Of a stretch of 64,000 nucleotides of DNA, positions 1 through 12,169 are shown one piece after another; within the stretch, counting starts at the first letter, position 1; each line of letters opens with the position of its first letter. The notes beneath the pieces were generated by a model. That model had not been told where the DNA came from. It saw nothing but the letters and a program-made list of their open reading frames with translations, and made no database searches. The stretch comes from Octopus vulgaris (lineage: Eukaryota). The translations under genes were made by a program, and so were the position numbers. Location: the NCBI GenBank assembly GCA_951406725.2, contig OX597833.1, positions 22,568,001-22,632,000 of the forward strand, in the 5' to 3' direction.

Positions 1-408
1 TATGTGAAGATCTGTATATTTTGTTTTATGCATGTCTTCTCATGCATATACTTGCATATCTAGATATGCACATATATACTTAAATGATAAAATTCTGGAA
101 AGCTTTACTGATTTTTACAGTTTTAGTGATGAATTGGATCTGTAGTCTTTGAATCAGTTTTCTCTTTTATGGTTTTGAGAATCCTACTTTCTCAAGATTG
201 GTATTTAGGTAGTGTGTTACATATCCCAGTTCCCCAATAATTACAGGTATAAACCTGAACTTGTAATCTGTATAGTGTATCTGCAGATTTCTCAATAGTT
301 CAGCGAATGTATTCTCTTTTTCACTGATCTCCAGCTTCATGTTAACATCTGCTGGCCAGCTGATTTCCAAACTGGACAAAGTTTCTCTTCTCTATCCCAA
401 ATCATTAT
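1..408 (-). mobile_element. 5'-truncated R4/Dong-type non-LTR retrotransposon: C-terminal restriction-like endonuclease (RLE) region plus start of 3' UTR
   Basis: Minus-strand translation across a frameshift: IMIWDREEKLC / LEISWPADVNMKLEISEKENTFAELLRNLQIHYTDYKFRFIPVIIGELGYV...RKLIQRLQIQFITKTVKISKAFQNFII*. This matches the PD-(D/E)xK-type RLE end of R4/Dong elements. The 5' end abuts a (TACA)n tract. Confidence 0.7.
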
Positions 409-523
409 ACGTATGTATGTATGTATGTATGTATGTATGTATGTATGTATGTATGTATGTATGTATGTATGTATGTATGTATGTATGTATGTATGTATGT
501 ATGTATGTATGTATGTATGTATG
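409..523. repeat. (GTAT)n microsatellite
   Basis: Perfect tetranucleotide run. It is representative of many TACA/TATG tracts in the window (e.g. 1915-2196, 10495-10650, 20160-20222, 21017-21103, 40540-40690, 59820-59890). Confidence 0.98.
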
Positions 524-694
524 CATGCATAAGTGTTTATACTTGTGTGTTTTTCTGTATTTGCGAACTTAAAACAGTTAGAGTGCTGGTTTTTAGTGTT
601 ATATGTGTATATATGAATGCATATATGTCTATATATGTGTGTATACATATATAGACATACATACACATAGGACATAGGCACGGACATAGGCACG

Positions 695-730
<36 letters not shown>

Positions 731-733
<3 letters not shown>

Positions 734-810
734 GGAGTATGGCTCCAAACTTACAGGGGAAAAATTAGAGATAAAACCCACCTAATAGTGGTTTTATCTC
801 TAATTCATAT
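731..810 (-). mobile_element. Miniature fold-back copy of the PLE-like terminal repeat seen at 7326-7752
   Basis: Hairpin aattagagataaaacc...ggttttatctctaatt, plus a tail matching 7715-7745 (ttccctgtaagtttgga...cccta) in opposite orientation. Flanked by (TA)n. Confidence 0.6.
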
Positions 811-860
811 TTTATATATATATATATGTATATTTATATATACGATTGGATATGTATATT

Positions 861-943
<83 letters not shown>

Positions 944-947
944 ATAA

Positions 948-1160
948 AGTGGCGAGCTAGCAGAATCATTAGTGCTCTGGACGAAATGCTTAGCAGTATT
1001 TCGCCCGTTGCTACGTTTTGATCTCAAATTCCGCCGAGGTCGAGTTTATCTTTCATCCTTTCGAGCTCGATAAAAGAAGTACCAGTTGAACACTGGGGTC
1101 AATTTAATTGACTCACCCCTCCCCCATAATTACTGCCCTTGTGGCAAAATTTGAAACCAT
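948..1160 (+). mobile_element. tRNA-derived SINE, family A
   Basis: A-box-like tggcgagctagcagaa, B-box-like tctcaaattcc and central tttcatcctttcg..tcgataa..agtaccag, all shared with more than 10 other copies in the window. Confidence 0.85.
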
Positions 1161-1269
1161 TATTAAAAGAAATCATCATCACAATTGAATGGTACATGTG
1201 TTGGATTTAATAATGCAAAAAAATAGATAAAGAAATAAAATAAAAATAAAATAACAGCGTAGGTAAGCT

Positions 1270-1480
1270 CTTAAGGAGAAGGTGTGGGGTGTACACCAAA
1301 GTATATTTCTCCTATTTTTATTAGGTAATCGTGAGATTATGATGTTTGTGTTCCTGGTCTGTATCTGGCATCTAGTTTTCGCCCCCGAGGTTATCAATCA
1401 TACGTGTGCAATTGCGTTTGGTGTTAGGTTGGGGTATATGCTCGATATAGTATTTGCTATGGAATAGAAAATTGGGAAGG
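1270..1480 (-). pseudogene. Degenerate Naiad-type PLE fragment (post-RT linker)
   Basis: Translation SIANTISSIYPN...LITSG...KNRRNILWCTP resembles the R-N-I-x-W-F-N-P-P linker also seen in the 26-27 kb element. Confidence 0.35.
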
Positions 1481-2354
1481 GTGTTCCTTTCATTCTTCCT
1501 CCTGTGATCAATACGCATGTAACAACTCAACCTTCATGCTTGATTATATAAGTATCATAACCTGACCTGACACTAGTTGTTTGTCTGTTTACACGTGTAT
1601 TCTATTACACATGTACCAACTCCATTGAAACACTGCCTATAGCCAATCGTCAATTGGGCTGTTATAACATCCTGTTGTAGCTGCAGGCTAAGTTGGAGTT
1701 TTAGGCAGCAAGTCAACATGAGCACTAACTGTATGTACCAATAATCTTGCGTCATAAGACATATCACCAGAATTTCGTGTGCGTGTGTGTGTAAACACGT
1801 ACACGCACATATAATGCATAAATATATACACACATACATACATGTATATATATATATATATGCAAATATTTTGATGGCTCATCATTTTATACATACATAC
1901 ATATATACATACGTACGTATGTATGTATGTATGTATGTATGTATGTATGTATGTATGTATGTATGTATGTATGTATGTATGTATGTATGTATGTATGTAT
2001 GCATGCATGCATGCATGCATGTATGTATGTATGTATGTATGTATGTATGTATGTATGCATGCATGCATGCATGTATGTATGTATGTATGTATGTATGTAT
2101 GTATGTATGTATGTATGCATGCATGCATGTATGTATGTATGTATGTATGTATGTATGTATGCATATGCATGTATGTATGGATGTATGTATGTATGTAGGG
2201 ATGTAAGTATGCAGATAATAGATGAGAGCTAGATATTCATAAAATCCATGAAAACTCCGAATTCTTCATCAAGGACTATAAGAGAATTCCAAGGCGAGCT
2301 GATGCAAACAGAATTGGGTTGCATACATACACACATATATACATAATTATATAT

Positions 2355-2472
2355 TACTCTTTTATTTGTTTCAGTCATTTGACTGCGGCCATGCTGGAGC
2401 ACCGCCTTTAGTCGAGCAAATCGAGCCCAGAACTTATTCTTTGTAAGCCTACTGTTTATTCTATCGGTCTCT
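2355..2472 (-). mobile_element. SINE family B, 3' fragment
   Basis: Reverse complement of the gaccgatagaataa...ggtgctccagcatggccgcagtcaaatgactgaaaca tail. Confidence 0.85.
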
Positions 2473-2494
2473 CCCTCTCTCTATATATATATGG

Positions 2495-3050
2495 TGGTTG
2501 TCTACTCCTTATGCAGAGTTTGACCACCTCCTGAACCTACACCTTAGATCCATCATGGCATCTGATCTGATTTTTTAAACCAGACAATGTTTTGAAAAGA
2601 ACTCACATAGATTGCATATTCGATTTGGACCACCAACAGCTGCAGATAAGTTCTGATCTTTGTGGATCTTAAAACGCCTTTTGAGGCCTCCGTTAGACTT
2701 GCAAACCTTCTGGTATACATTGCATTGAAAGGTGTGCACAGACATATAGACAGAATAGTTGGCGGAGGTTCATTTTCCATGGGTTCGCAAATGAGATTTG
2801 AGCCCAACAAAAGAAAAGCACGGTCTGTCACAAACTGCACACAAAAAGGTCATTGTGATTCACCTTCTCGATTGTAACATTATTCTTTAAATCTCTCTTA
2901 AGTCTTGCACGAATTATCCTGGCCTCTTCAAACGCTTTCACTCCACTCCACACTTTTGTTCGCCATCCAGATCGATCCATAGCAAGGGTTTCTATGTCCT
3001 CTGGATCCATTCCAAGTGACTTCATAGTAGTTCTTACGCCGTCCTTAAAC
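2495..3050 (-). pseudogene. RTE-clade LINE 3' end (RT C-terminus followed by decayed C2H2-like zinc fingers)
   Basis: ORF 2828-3025, MKSLGMDPEDIETLAMDRSGWRTKVWSGVKAFEEARI..., matches the W-E-x-L-A-x-DR-xx-W-R...G-xxx-FE ending of RTE ORFs. Downstream Cys-rich segments are frameshifted. Confidence 0.7.
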
Positions 3051-3364
3051 CAGTCAACAAACGGTGAAATGGCTCGTCAGAAAACTACCCTCAAAATTAT
3101 AGAAGGACTGTGTTTAGATTCATATATTACTCTTTAGATAAGCTTTTTTATTCTATTCATTTCAGTTGTTCTGATTCCCCCTGTGTTGTGCATAACACAC
3201 ATAGACATATGGGAAACCATTTTTCTTTAGGTATGTTACTCTGAATACACGAACATGCTCTTGTTTTATGATTTTACTCAGGTTTTTGATATTTTCGTAT
3301 GAGAATGTTGCAGTTTGGGATTGTAAGGACATTACAATCTAGATCTTCATATTCTCATCTTCAG

Positions 3365-3407
3365 GATGATGTGATGTTGGATTGTGTCGCTATCTCTTTA
3401 AAGGCAG
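3365..3407 (+). other. Candidate 43-nt exon
   Basis: Acceptor ttctcatcttcAG, donor CAG|GTGAGT and open frame DDVMLDCVAISLKA. No homology recognised. Confidence 0.2.
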
Positions 3408-4388
3408 GTGAGTCAATATTATTTTACAAAGAATGATATTACGTGTATCAAAACATTCGTAATTTGAAAAAGACGAATATATATTTAAAATATTGATAAA
3501 TTAAAAAAATAAATTAAGAAGCTTAAATAAATTTTTTATAATTGATAAATAAGACAAATGCAGAAGGATTCAGAAGGATGATGCCTCTCAAATAAAGGTT
3601 AAACTAAATCAACAAATTATTGTGATAATCGTGGACATAAGAGCCCCTAAGTTTCGTCTGCTTTGGTGAAGTCACTTCAGTAACTGTTTACAAGCAAATA
3701 ATTTGTTTCCGGACTATATCTTCAATAAATGTACCAACACATGAGATCACTAAACTACTAGGCAACCCCACCAGACAATACATATCTTTGAGATAAATAT
3801 GATGTCATCTAAAGAGTTCTTATAAATGTTAGAAAAGAAAAACCAAGTCGGCAACATCTTGTAGAAGGTCTTTTTATCAACGTTGCATCCCAGTGGAAGA
3901 AATAATGTATGTAAATATCAGAAAATAAAACCAAACACCATATATACTAATATGTATAAAATGTTATTAGTGTGTTATACAACAGAGTTCTCTGTTGCTG
4001 TTTACAAAGTTAATTATGTAAGCAGATTGAGTAGCCTTGATTTCTTCCTTAGGACCCAATATGCGGAGCTCTGCGTGATCTCGATGGGAAGTAAAGTGGC
4101 ATCAAGACATAAGTGTATGATACATACCAGTTAAGTTTAGGACATTTTTTTGTTGCAATGATCATGCTGAAAGATATCGAGTAACATTGGAAAGATTTAA
4201 AATTCAACTGGGCATGGCAAAGAATAGACCCGGGGTTTCGTCTACGTGTCGTAAGAGGCGACTAAAAGAGCTTGAGGTAGGACTTGTACTCCGATCTCGT
4301 AAAAACGCTCACCAGTAACCTCCGCGGGTCGAAGGGTTGTCGCCAGGAATAGGGAATTACCAACAAGAGGTAGATGTAGCAATGCGCT

Positions 4389-4436
4389 GTTACAGCGCAT
4401 GTCCCCATACTGCTGCTGCTGCTGCTGCTGCTACTA

Positions 4437-4506
<70 letters not shown>
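4389..4506. repeat. Compound (GCT)n(ACT)n microsatellite
   Basis: Directly visible. Confidence 0.95.
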
Positions 4507-4508
<2 letters not shown>

Positions 4509-5057
4509 GCAATTTTTATTGCGAGCGAGAATGCTGTAAACTTCATGATACCTATATTCACTTACAACAAAGAGCAATTGCAATGCAGTGCACTATATAT
4601 ACCACAAAGCTGGATTAGAAAAAAATAGCGGACAATACGACTATATTCTACAGAATTTAATACAAAAATAGACGATTAATGATGAAAGCACTTTTCACAG
4701 CACAGTGCTAATATAAACACACAGACAAAGGTACACAGACGCAAACAAAAATAAATACCTGACGAGTGGCGTATAAATCTACCGATCGAAATACAAAATC
4801 TTGTGGTAATGTCAATACTAGTTACGTTGGTTTTGTTCACTTTAAAGAAGTAGCAACATACACCATTACTTCATCCAGAAAATGAAAATATGAAGGTTTA
4901 GAAACGTTGATCATGGATTTAGGAACCTTACTCTAGCATACAAACTCCAAAGCAGTCGTACGAAAATATGACCCACCCCCCACTGCCAAAAAAAAAAATT
5001 CAGAGCAAGAAAAACCTCTTCATAAAAGAGACGACTGTCATATAATGGCCTGGTTCT

Positions 5058-5354
5058 TCGTCGGTTATAGCGATGAGTGTCCCAGTTGATTCGATCAGCC
5101 GATCAGCCTGCTCGTGAAATTTACGTGCAAGTGGCTCAGCACACCACAGATACGCGTACCCTTAACATAGTTCTCAGGGAGATCCAGCGTGACACAGAAT
5201 GTGAGAAGGCTGGCCCTGTGAATTACAGGTACAACTCATTTTTTACCAACTGAATGGACTGTCGCAACGATAAATAAAGTGTCTTGCTCAAGGACACAAC
5301 GCACTGCCGGGAATCGAACTCGTGACGTTACGATCGTGAGCCGAATACCCTAAC
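5058..5354 (-). mobile_element. tRNA-derived SINE, family D (CORE-like body) with LINE-like tail
   Basis: On the minus strand: B box gagttcgattcc, body ttgtgtccttgagcaagacactttattt, and a tail shared with 17420-17600. Confidence 0.8.
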
Positions 5355-5479
5355 TTCATATGTTTTCTGTCATGTATACGCGCGCGCATGCACACACAGA
5401 GATCCGTTTGCAAAATAGTGCTACTCTAGGGTGCGGATAGAAGCTGCCATGTGGATTAGAGAAGGAGCGGTAGCTTCTC

Positions 5480-6710
5480 TGACCAAGTATTAATACGTAC
5501 AGTATATAATTTGTCTTTGAGAGCGAAGTGCAAGAAAGATTGCAGAACTGCACCAAAAAGATTACGTGTTACCAAACTAAAAATAACCACGAAGTGCAAT
5601 GTGAACTTACTGTGAATAACCTGACAGAGAAACATGTTAACCGACATAGCACAATTCGATGCTAACTGGGAGCAGCTGGATGAAGAAATTTACGAAACAG
5701 CTGCTGAACTGATTTGCCTGCCCAAGCATAAGCATGCCTGCTAGTTTTATGATAACGGTGCGAAAATACAACACCTGTTATCTGGAAAACGTACGTACCA
5801 CCAAACTATTCTAAATGAAATACACGGCAAGTTTTCGTGTATTTCGGAGCTCCAATGGTTTTATTTTGCACCTTGTGAAAAATGTAAGAAAACGTTAACA
5901 GGAAAAGGTTCATCGATTTTATGAAAGCTTTCGATTGTGTAGAAGGAAAAGAGTTATGGATGCAACTAAAAAAATGTAATTGTCCGGATCCGGATAAATT
6001 TGTGAATATAATCAGATTATTTTACAATATATGTCACGACTAAGGCGGCGATCTGGCAGAAACGTTAGCACGCCAGGCGAAATGCTTAGCGGTATTTCGT
6101 CTGCCGCTACGTTCTGAGTTCAAATTCCGCCGAGGTCGACTTTGCCTTTCATCCTCTCGGGGTCGATAAATTAAGTACCAGTTATGCACTGGAGTTGATG
6201 TAATCGACTTAATCCCTTTGTCTGTCCTTGTTTGTCCACTCTATGTTTAGCCCCTTGTGGGTAGTAAAGAAATAAGTATTTCGTCTGCCATTACGTTCTG
6301 AGTTCAAATTCTGCCGAGGTCGACTTTGTCTTTCATCCTTTCGGGGTCGATAAATTAAGAACCAGTTACGTACTGGGGTCAATGTAATCGACTTAATCCC
6401 TTTGTCTGTCCTTATTTGTCCCCTTTATGTTTAGCCCCTTGTGGGCAATAAAGAAATAAGAAACGTTAGCGCGCCGGGCAAAATGCTTAGCGGTATTTCG
6501 TCTGTTTTTACATTCCATCTTCAAATTCCGCCAAGGTCGGCTTTGCCTTTCATCCTTTCGGGTCGATAAATTAAGCACCAGTTGTGTACTGGGGTCGATC
6601 TCATCAACTGGCCCCCTTTCCCAAAATTTCGGGCCTTGAACCTAGAGTAGGAAAGGACATATGTCACGATTTCTGACAACTCGGCCTCTTTTCCGATTTG
6701 TCTTGGATCC
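5480..6710 (+). pseudogene. Degenerate RTE-clade LINE RT fragment, interrupted by a SINE trimer
   Basis: DANWEQLDEEIYETAAELI..KHKH..FYDN (5659-5790) and FIDFMKAFDCVEGKELWMQLKKCNCP..KFVNIIRLFY (5908-6026), the RTE motif F-x-D-x-x-K-A-F-D...GCP-x-KF. Confidence 0.75.
6040..6658 (+). mobile_element. SINE family A trimer with 11-bp target-site duplication
   Basis: Three tandem units of about 185-230 bp. The direct repeat atatgtcacga occurs at 6029-6039 and 6659-6669. Confidence 0.9.
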
Positions 6711-7325
6711 TGTACACAGCTATGCTGTGTATATGCCCCAACGTTATTTGCGATATTTCTGGGTAGGATGCATGGACATATGAGGAATAAGTTGACAGGT
6801 TGGAAACATAGGAGTATTCGCGTAAATGGATGGTGGATTGTTAAACATGCACAAACGAAGATACGCGCAGGGGGAGCTGTGATATGGGTGGCATGATATG
6901 GAAAAGGGAAAAGGAAATAGCAAGATTAAAATAAGAGTAAGAATTATATCAAGTGCGGAAATTAAAGTCAATCGGCAGGCTGAGGAGATGGATACAGAGA
7001 GGAAACTGAGAGAGATGAACAGGGAAATATAAATATATATGAATATAGATATAAATACACAGATATTGATAGGTAGCGAAACACATAATACATAAATATT
7101 ATATATCTGGGTGTATGTGTGTGCATATGTATGTATAAGTATGTACATGCTAATCACAAAAAAAAATTAAAAATCAGCTGAAAGCTTTGCGATTATTTGT
7201 AAAATATTATAATGAAAGAGTAACTATTTACTTATACGAGTATGCACACATACATGCATACGTACATACATAATACATACATACATACATACATACATAC
7301 ATACATACAATGTATATATATATAT

Positions 7326-7752
7326 ATAATATTAAATTAGAGATTTACATTAATATTTACATTATAGTCGATTTGTATATAATCATATTTGATAATAGAG
7401 TTTATTATAAGTAAAATTATTATATTATATATATTATTTATATCTTAAAAATATTGATTATATTTTGGATATTTAAACCACCTGAAGAATGACTGTAACT
7501 CGAAAATTTTAAGAATTGAACAGCCATGAAACGATCGTAGTGTTATATTAATTATCTTTTTTAATAATTTGATATAAATTTAAATAATATAAATGAATTA
7601 ATCTTATGTATTGGCTTACGTTTTTCATTGTATGATTTGCCTAATAGTGGTTTTATCTCCAATTTAATATAATATAATATTTTACTATAAAATTGGATTC
7701 ATTCCTAAATCTGATTTTTCCCTGTAAGTTTGGATTTATTCCCTAATATTTT
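7326..7752 (+). mobile_element. PLE-like terminal repeat (pLTR) with short inverted head, hammerhead motif and tail
   Basis: attaaattagagat at the 5' end is inverted relative to atctccaatttaat (about 7656-7669). Contains the hammerhead motif at 7478-7542 and is flanked by (TA)n. Confidence 0.6.
7478..7542 (+). ncRNA. Type I hammerhead ribozyme motif
   Basis: cac-CTGAAGA-atgactgt(loop)acagccat-GAAA-cgatcg-TA-gtg. The core is complete, stem II pairs 7/8, stem III is palindromic, the cleavage triplet is GUA and stem I is short. Confidence 0.75.
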
Positions 7753-7767
7753 ATATATATATATATA

Positions 7768-7900
7768 GGTTCCCCTTCGCCTATGAGGTCGGTTGCTGGG
7801 CGGGGGACTAGGTCCCGAGGAGGTGACTGCGGTCACCGAACGTAGACGCCCTGGTGCGCGGCCACAAAAAATACATCCAGGTCCGCCGCTGGGGTCTCTG
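7768..7900. other. GC-rich structured island between (TA)n tracts
   Basis: Hairpins gggac-tag-gtccc and ggtgac-tgcg-gtcacc are enclosed by gggcg/cgccc. Identity unknown. Confidence 0.45.
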
Positions 7901-7967
<67 letters not shown>

Positions 7968-7993
7968 ATATAGATATATGTATGTATATATAT

Positions 7994-8071
<78 letters not shown>

Positions 8072-8576
8072 TCATACATTCATTTATATATATATAATAT
8101 ATATATATTTGTGTATGCAAGTATGTATAATAATTACCATTTTATACACTCACATGAAATAAAATTCTCTTTACGTTAGCTCGATGACCGGTGGCAAACG
8201 ATTTAATACATACATGTATACTGCACATTATGCAATGTGCCTATGGCACTGAGCGAACGTCTGAACTCATCCTGGATTTTTGACACGATTTTTAATGTAA
8301 TCCGCCGCTCCTCGAACCACAAGTTCAACATCTTTGAGCATTAGCGTTTACAAAGTGAGGTTGAAATACACGGGATAATTTTGCCTGTCTACCATAACGA
8401 TAGTAATTAACTGAATTATCAATTAAAGCATAGATCAGTGTTTTAATAATGGGCCTAAATTAGCGTTTTTATAAGAGTATGAAATTTTCAACGTTGTATA
8501 TTTTCAATTATGTATCATTAGTTGGGTTGAACACTGCATACCTTTCTTTCTTATACAGCCAAAGGGCATATTGCTG

Positions 8577-8660
<84 letters not shown>

Positions 8661-8722
8661 GCCTGGCTGTGTCTGTCTGTTTATCTATCTATCTATCTGT
8701 CTATCTACCTATACATATATAT

Positions 8723-8787
<65 letters not shown>

Positions 8788-8788
8788 C

Positions 8789-8823
<35 letters not shown>

Positions 8824-9206
8824 TGTGTTTGTGTGTGTATGTATGTATGCATGCGTGTATATATGTACGAGAGTGAGAACGAGGGTTGAGAAAGATATAT
8901 CAGATAATAGGAAAGTGCAGAGATGATGCAACGAATAAAAACAAACGAATAAGTAAAAAAAAAAAAGATGCAAATGATTTTCAAATAATTCCTTTTTGTA
9001 TACGCAAAACAAGAAACAACACAATCAGCAGCCAGGAAAAGTTCAAGTAAAATAGAAAACTTAAACAGAAAAGAGGGCGAAGTTTGAAAAGAAAGTTAGG
9101 TGTAGGAAAAAAGGGTAAAAAAGACCTAAGAATGAGAAAATAGGAAAATGTAAAAACAAATAATTAAAAGGGAGAAAGTAATTTGATGTTAATATTTAAT
9201 AAACAC

Positions 9207-9362
9207 TCGTCTGTCTTTACGTTCTGAGTTCAAATTCCGCCCAAGTCGACTTTGCCTTTCATCCTTCGATAAATAAAGTACCAGTTATGTACACGAGTCG
9301 ATCTAATCGACTGGCCCCCTCCTCCCAGATTTCGGGCTTTGTGCCTAGAGTAGAAAAGAATA
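9207..9362 (+). mobile_element. SINE family A, 5'-truncated
   Basis: gttctgagttcaaattccgc...gcctttcatcc...gtgcctagagtagaaaag, with atatttaa on both flanks. Confidence 0.8.
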
Positions 9363-9397
9363 TTTAACACACACACACACACACACAATTAAGTGAG

Positions 9398-9460
<63 letters not shown>

Positions 9461-9759
9461 ACACACATACACACCTACATTTCTATATATACATGCATAT
9501 ATCTATCTACATCCATACGTGCATAAATGTGTATGTATGTATGTATGTATGTATGTATGTATGTATGTATGTGTGAATGAATGAATGTATGTATGTATGT
9601 ATGCATGTATATATCTATATTATATAATGAATGTATGCATGTTTTATCACAATTATACAATAAAGTGATATAACTATTTGCTTATCTGTCTCTTCTCAGT
9701 TCTTCCCTCCCTTCTCTGTCTTTCTTTCAGTCCTCTCTCTGCCTGTCTCTCTCTATTCT

Positions 9760-9796
<37 letters not shown>

Positions 9797-10329
9797 CTCT
9801 CTTTCTTTATGAAGTTAAACAGTTTTACTCACATATTTCTGTATTTCAGAAAGAGTGAATTCAACTCAGCCTGAATATGATGAACAGACATGGCTAGCAT
9901 AGAAAAGACGAAAAGTTTATATAGGATAGGTGAGGAGATAGACGACGAAAGAGAGAGAGAGAGAGAGAGAGAAGGGGAGAGAGAGAGAAAGAAAGAGGGA
10001 GAAATATGAATGAACGGCAGATACTAAGAGGTGTGGTGAGAGAGAATGAAAGAAAGAGAGAGTGGGATAGGGATAGATAGAGAGGGTGAAAAGGAAGATA
10101 AATTAATCGAACTACTTAATAAAAGGACAGAAAAATAAAATGTTGTGATACTATACACATGTTTGTATATACGTTGGGCGGTTATCGTGTTGGTGATAAT
10201 GGTAGTATGCATGTATGTATGTATGTATGTATGTATGTATGTATATATATATGGCGTATTGGTCGGCCCGGGCTATAGTTGAAGACGCTTGTCCAACGAA
10301 TAGCACGGGAGGACTGAACCATGCCTAAG

Positions 10330-10384
<55 letters not shown>

Positions 10385-11504
10385 CACACACATATATATA
10401 TATCCCTTTACAATCAAAGGTGGAGAAATGGCGTACTCCGAATAAGAGTTATGGAATATTTCTTCTACAGCTCGAACTCTGGAGCTGACATTTATACATA
10501 CATACATACATACATACATACATACATACATACATACATACATACATACATACATACATACATACATACATACATACATACATACATACATACATACATA
10601 CATACTTACATAATACATACATACATACATACATACATACATACATACACACACACACATGTGCATGCACACATACACTTTAAGAAAAGTTAGTATGATT
10701 TGGATAAAAACTATTTATTTGGCACTATCGTCCTTTTTAGGCATTCATTGTAATGAATCCCTTAAGGGAACATACACGCTAAATATCTAGTTTTTATGTA
10801 AAATTCTGACTACTTCCTTTTTCCTTAATATATAAAATCTGTACACCTCTTCAAACATTTGATGCATCCATCCATCCATCCATCCATCTATCCATACATA
10901 CATACATATATACATACATACACATATTATATATAAATATATATGTGTGTGTGTTCATGTGTGTTTGTGTGGTGGTGGTGGTGGCAAAATTTGGATGTAT
11001 TTATGTGGGGGTAGTTTTGGGGGTAAGCTGGATGTGGCAATCGTTGCTACGAAAACAATATTTTATTATTCATAACATAGACGCAGGGCTAGGAGATTTT
11101 TGCGGAAAAGAGCAGTCGATTATATATTGATCACAGTACTTGATCCTAAACTTCATTATATCGAACCCGGGAGGATAAAATGGCAAAGCTGACTTCAGCA
11201 GGGTTTGAACTTAGGACGTAAAGGGCCGTAACTAAGTCTTTCGTTTTGGTCCGACGCTCTCACGACATCCAGTTCACAAGAAATAATAATAATAATAATA
11301 ATAATAATAATCATAAAACGACAAATTGTGTGATGATGGTGATGGTGGTAAGGATACATTAATCGATGACATCGATTGTCGGTGCTTCATTCGTTCTCTA
11401 TTGATCTCGGCAGGACGAAAGGTAAAGTCGATTGTTTGTCGAGTGTCAGTGTAGAGTTCAGACACGCAATCTAAATAGGTGTTCGAACATCAATGAAAAT
11501 AGCA

Positions 11505-11748
11505 GAGGCAGCAGCAGCAGCAGCAGTAGCAGCAGCAGCAGTAGCAGCAGCAATAACAACAAGAACAACAGCAGCAACAACTTTAACAACTAATGGTGTA
11601 CAAACACGCATCAACAACAAACATCATCAGAATCTTCCTCCCTCCTCCTTCTTTTCTTCTTCTTCTTCTTCTTCTTCTTCTCCCCCTCCTCCTCCTCCTC
11701 ACCATCACCACCATCACCACCACCACCACCACCACCACCACCACCACC

Positions 11749-11794
<46 letters not shown>

Positions 11795-11799
11795 CCACC

Positions 11800-11851
<52 letters not shown>

Positions 11852-11900
11852 ACAACAACAACAACAACAACAACAGCAACAACAACAACAACAACAACAG
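11505..11900. repeat. Compound trinucleotide array (GCA/ACA, TCT, CCT, CAC, CAT, CAA)
   Basis: Directly visible. It is the source of the poly-S/P/H/Q ORF. Confidence 0.95.
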
Positions 11901-12169
11901 GAACAGACGAGTTGTCAAGTGGTGTAAAAAGTTAAATATAAATGCAAAACCCCCCAAAAAACAACTTCAATACGAACATTAATACTTACCAAACAATATA
12001 CATTATATGTGTGTGCGTGTGTTTGTGCACGTGCATGTAACAAATATATACACACATGCACTCGCGCACACACAAACACAAACACGCACTTTTACACATA
12101 CACACATACACTGTGTATGTTTTTATCTATCCATGTATATGCATGAACGATTGTATGCACGATTCCATG

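Noticed and set aside
3640-3690. Minus-strand ctgaagt...gaaac hammerhead-like words (also at 13100-13135)
   Set aside because: The core is mutated and stems I and II do not pair.
6040-6658. Repeat-spacer-like periodicity suggesting a CRISPR or other array
   Set aside because: Units are SINE monomers of about 200 bp without unique spacers, in a eukaryotic context with no cas genes.
11493-11927. Poly-A/S/P/H/Q ORF resembling a transcription-factor low-complexity region
   Set aside because: It is almost entirely compound trinucleotide repeat, open in several frames, with no adjacent domain.
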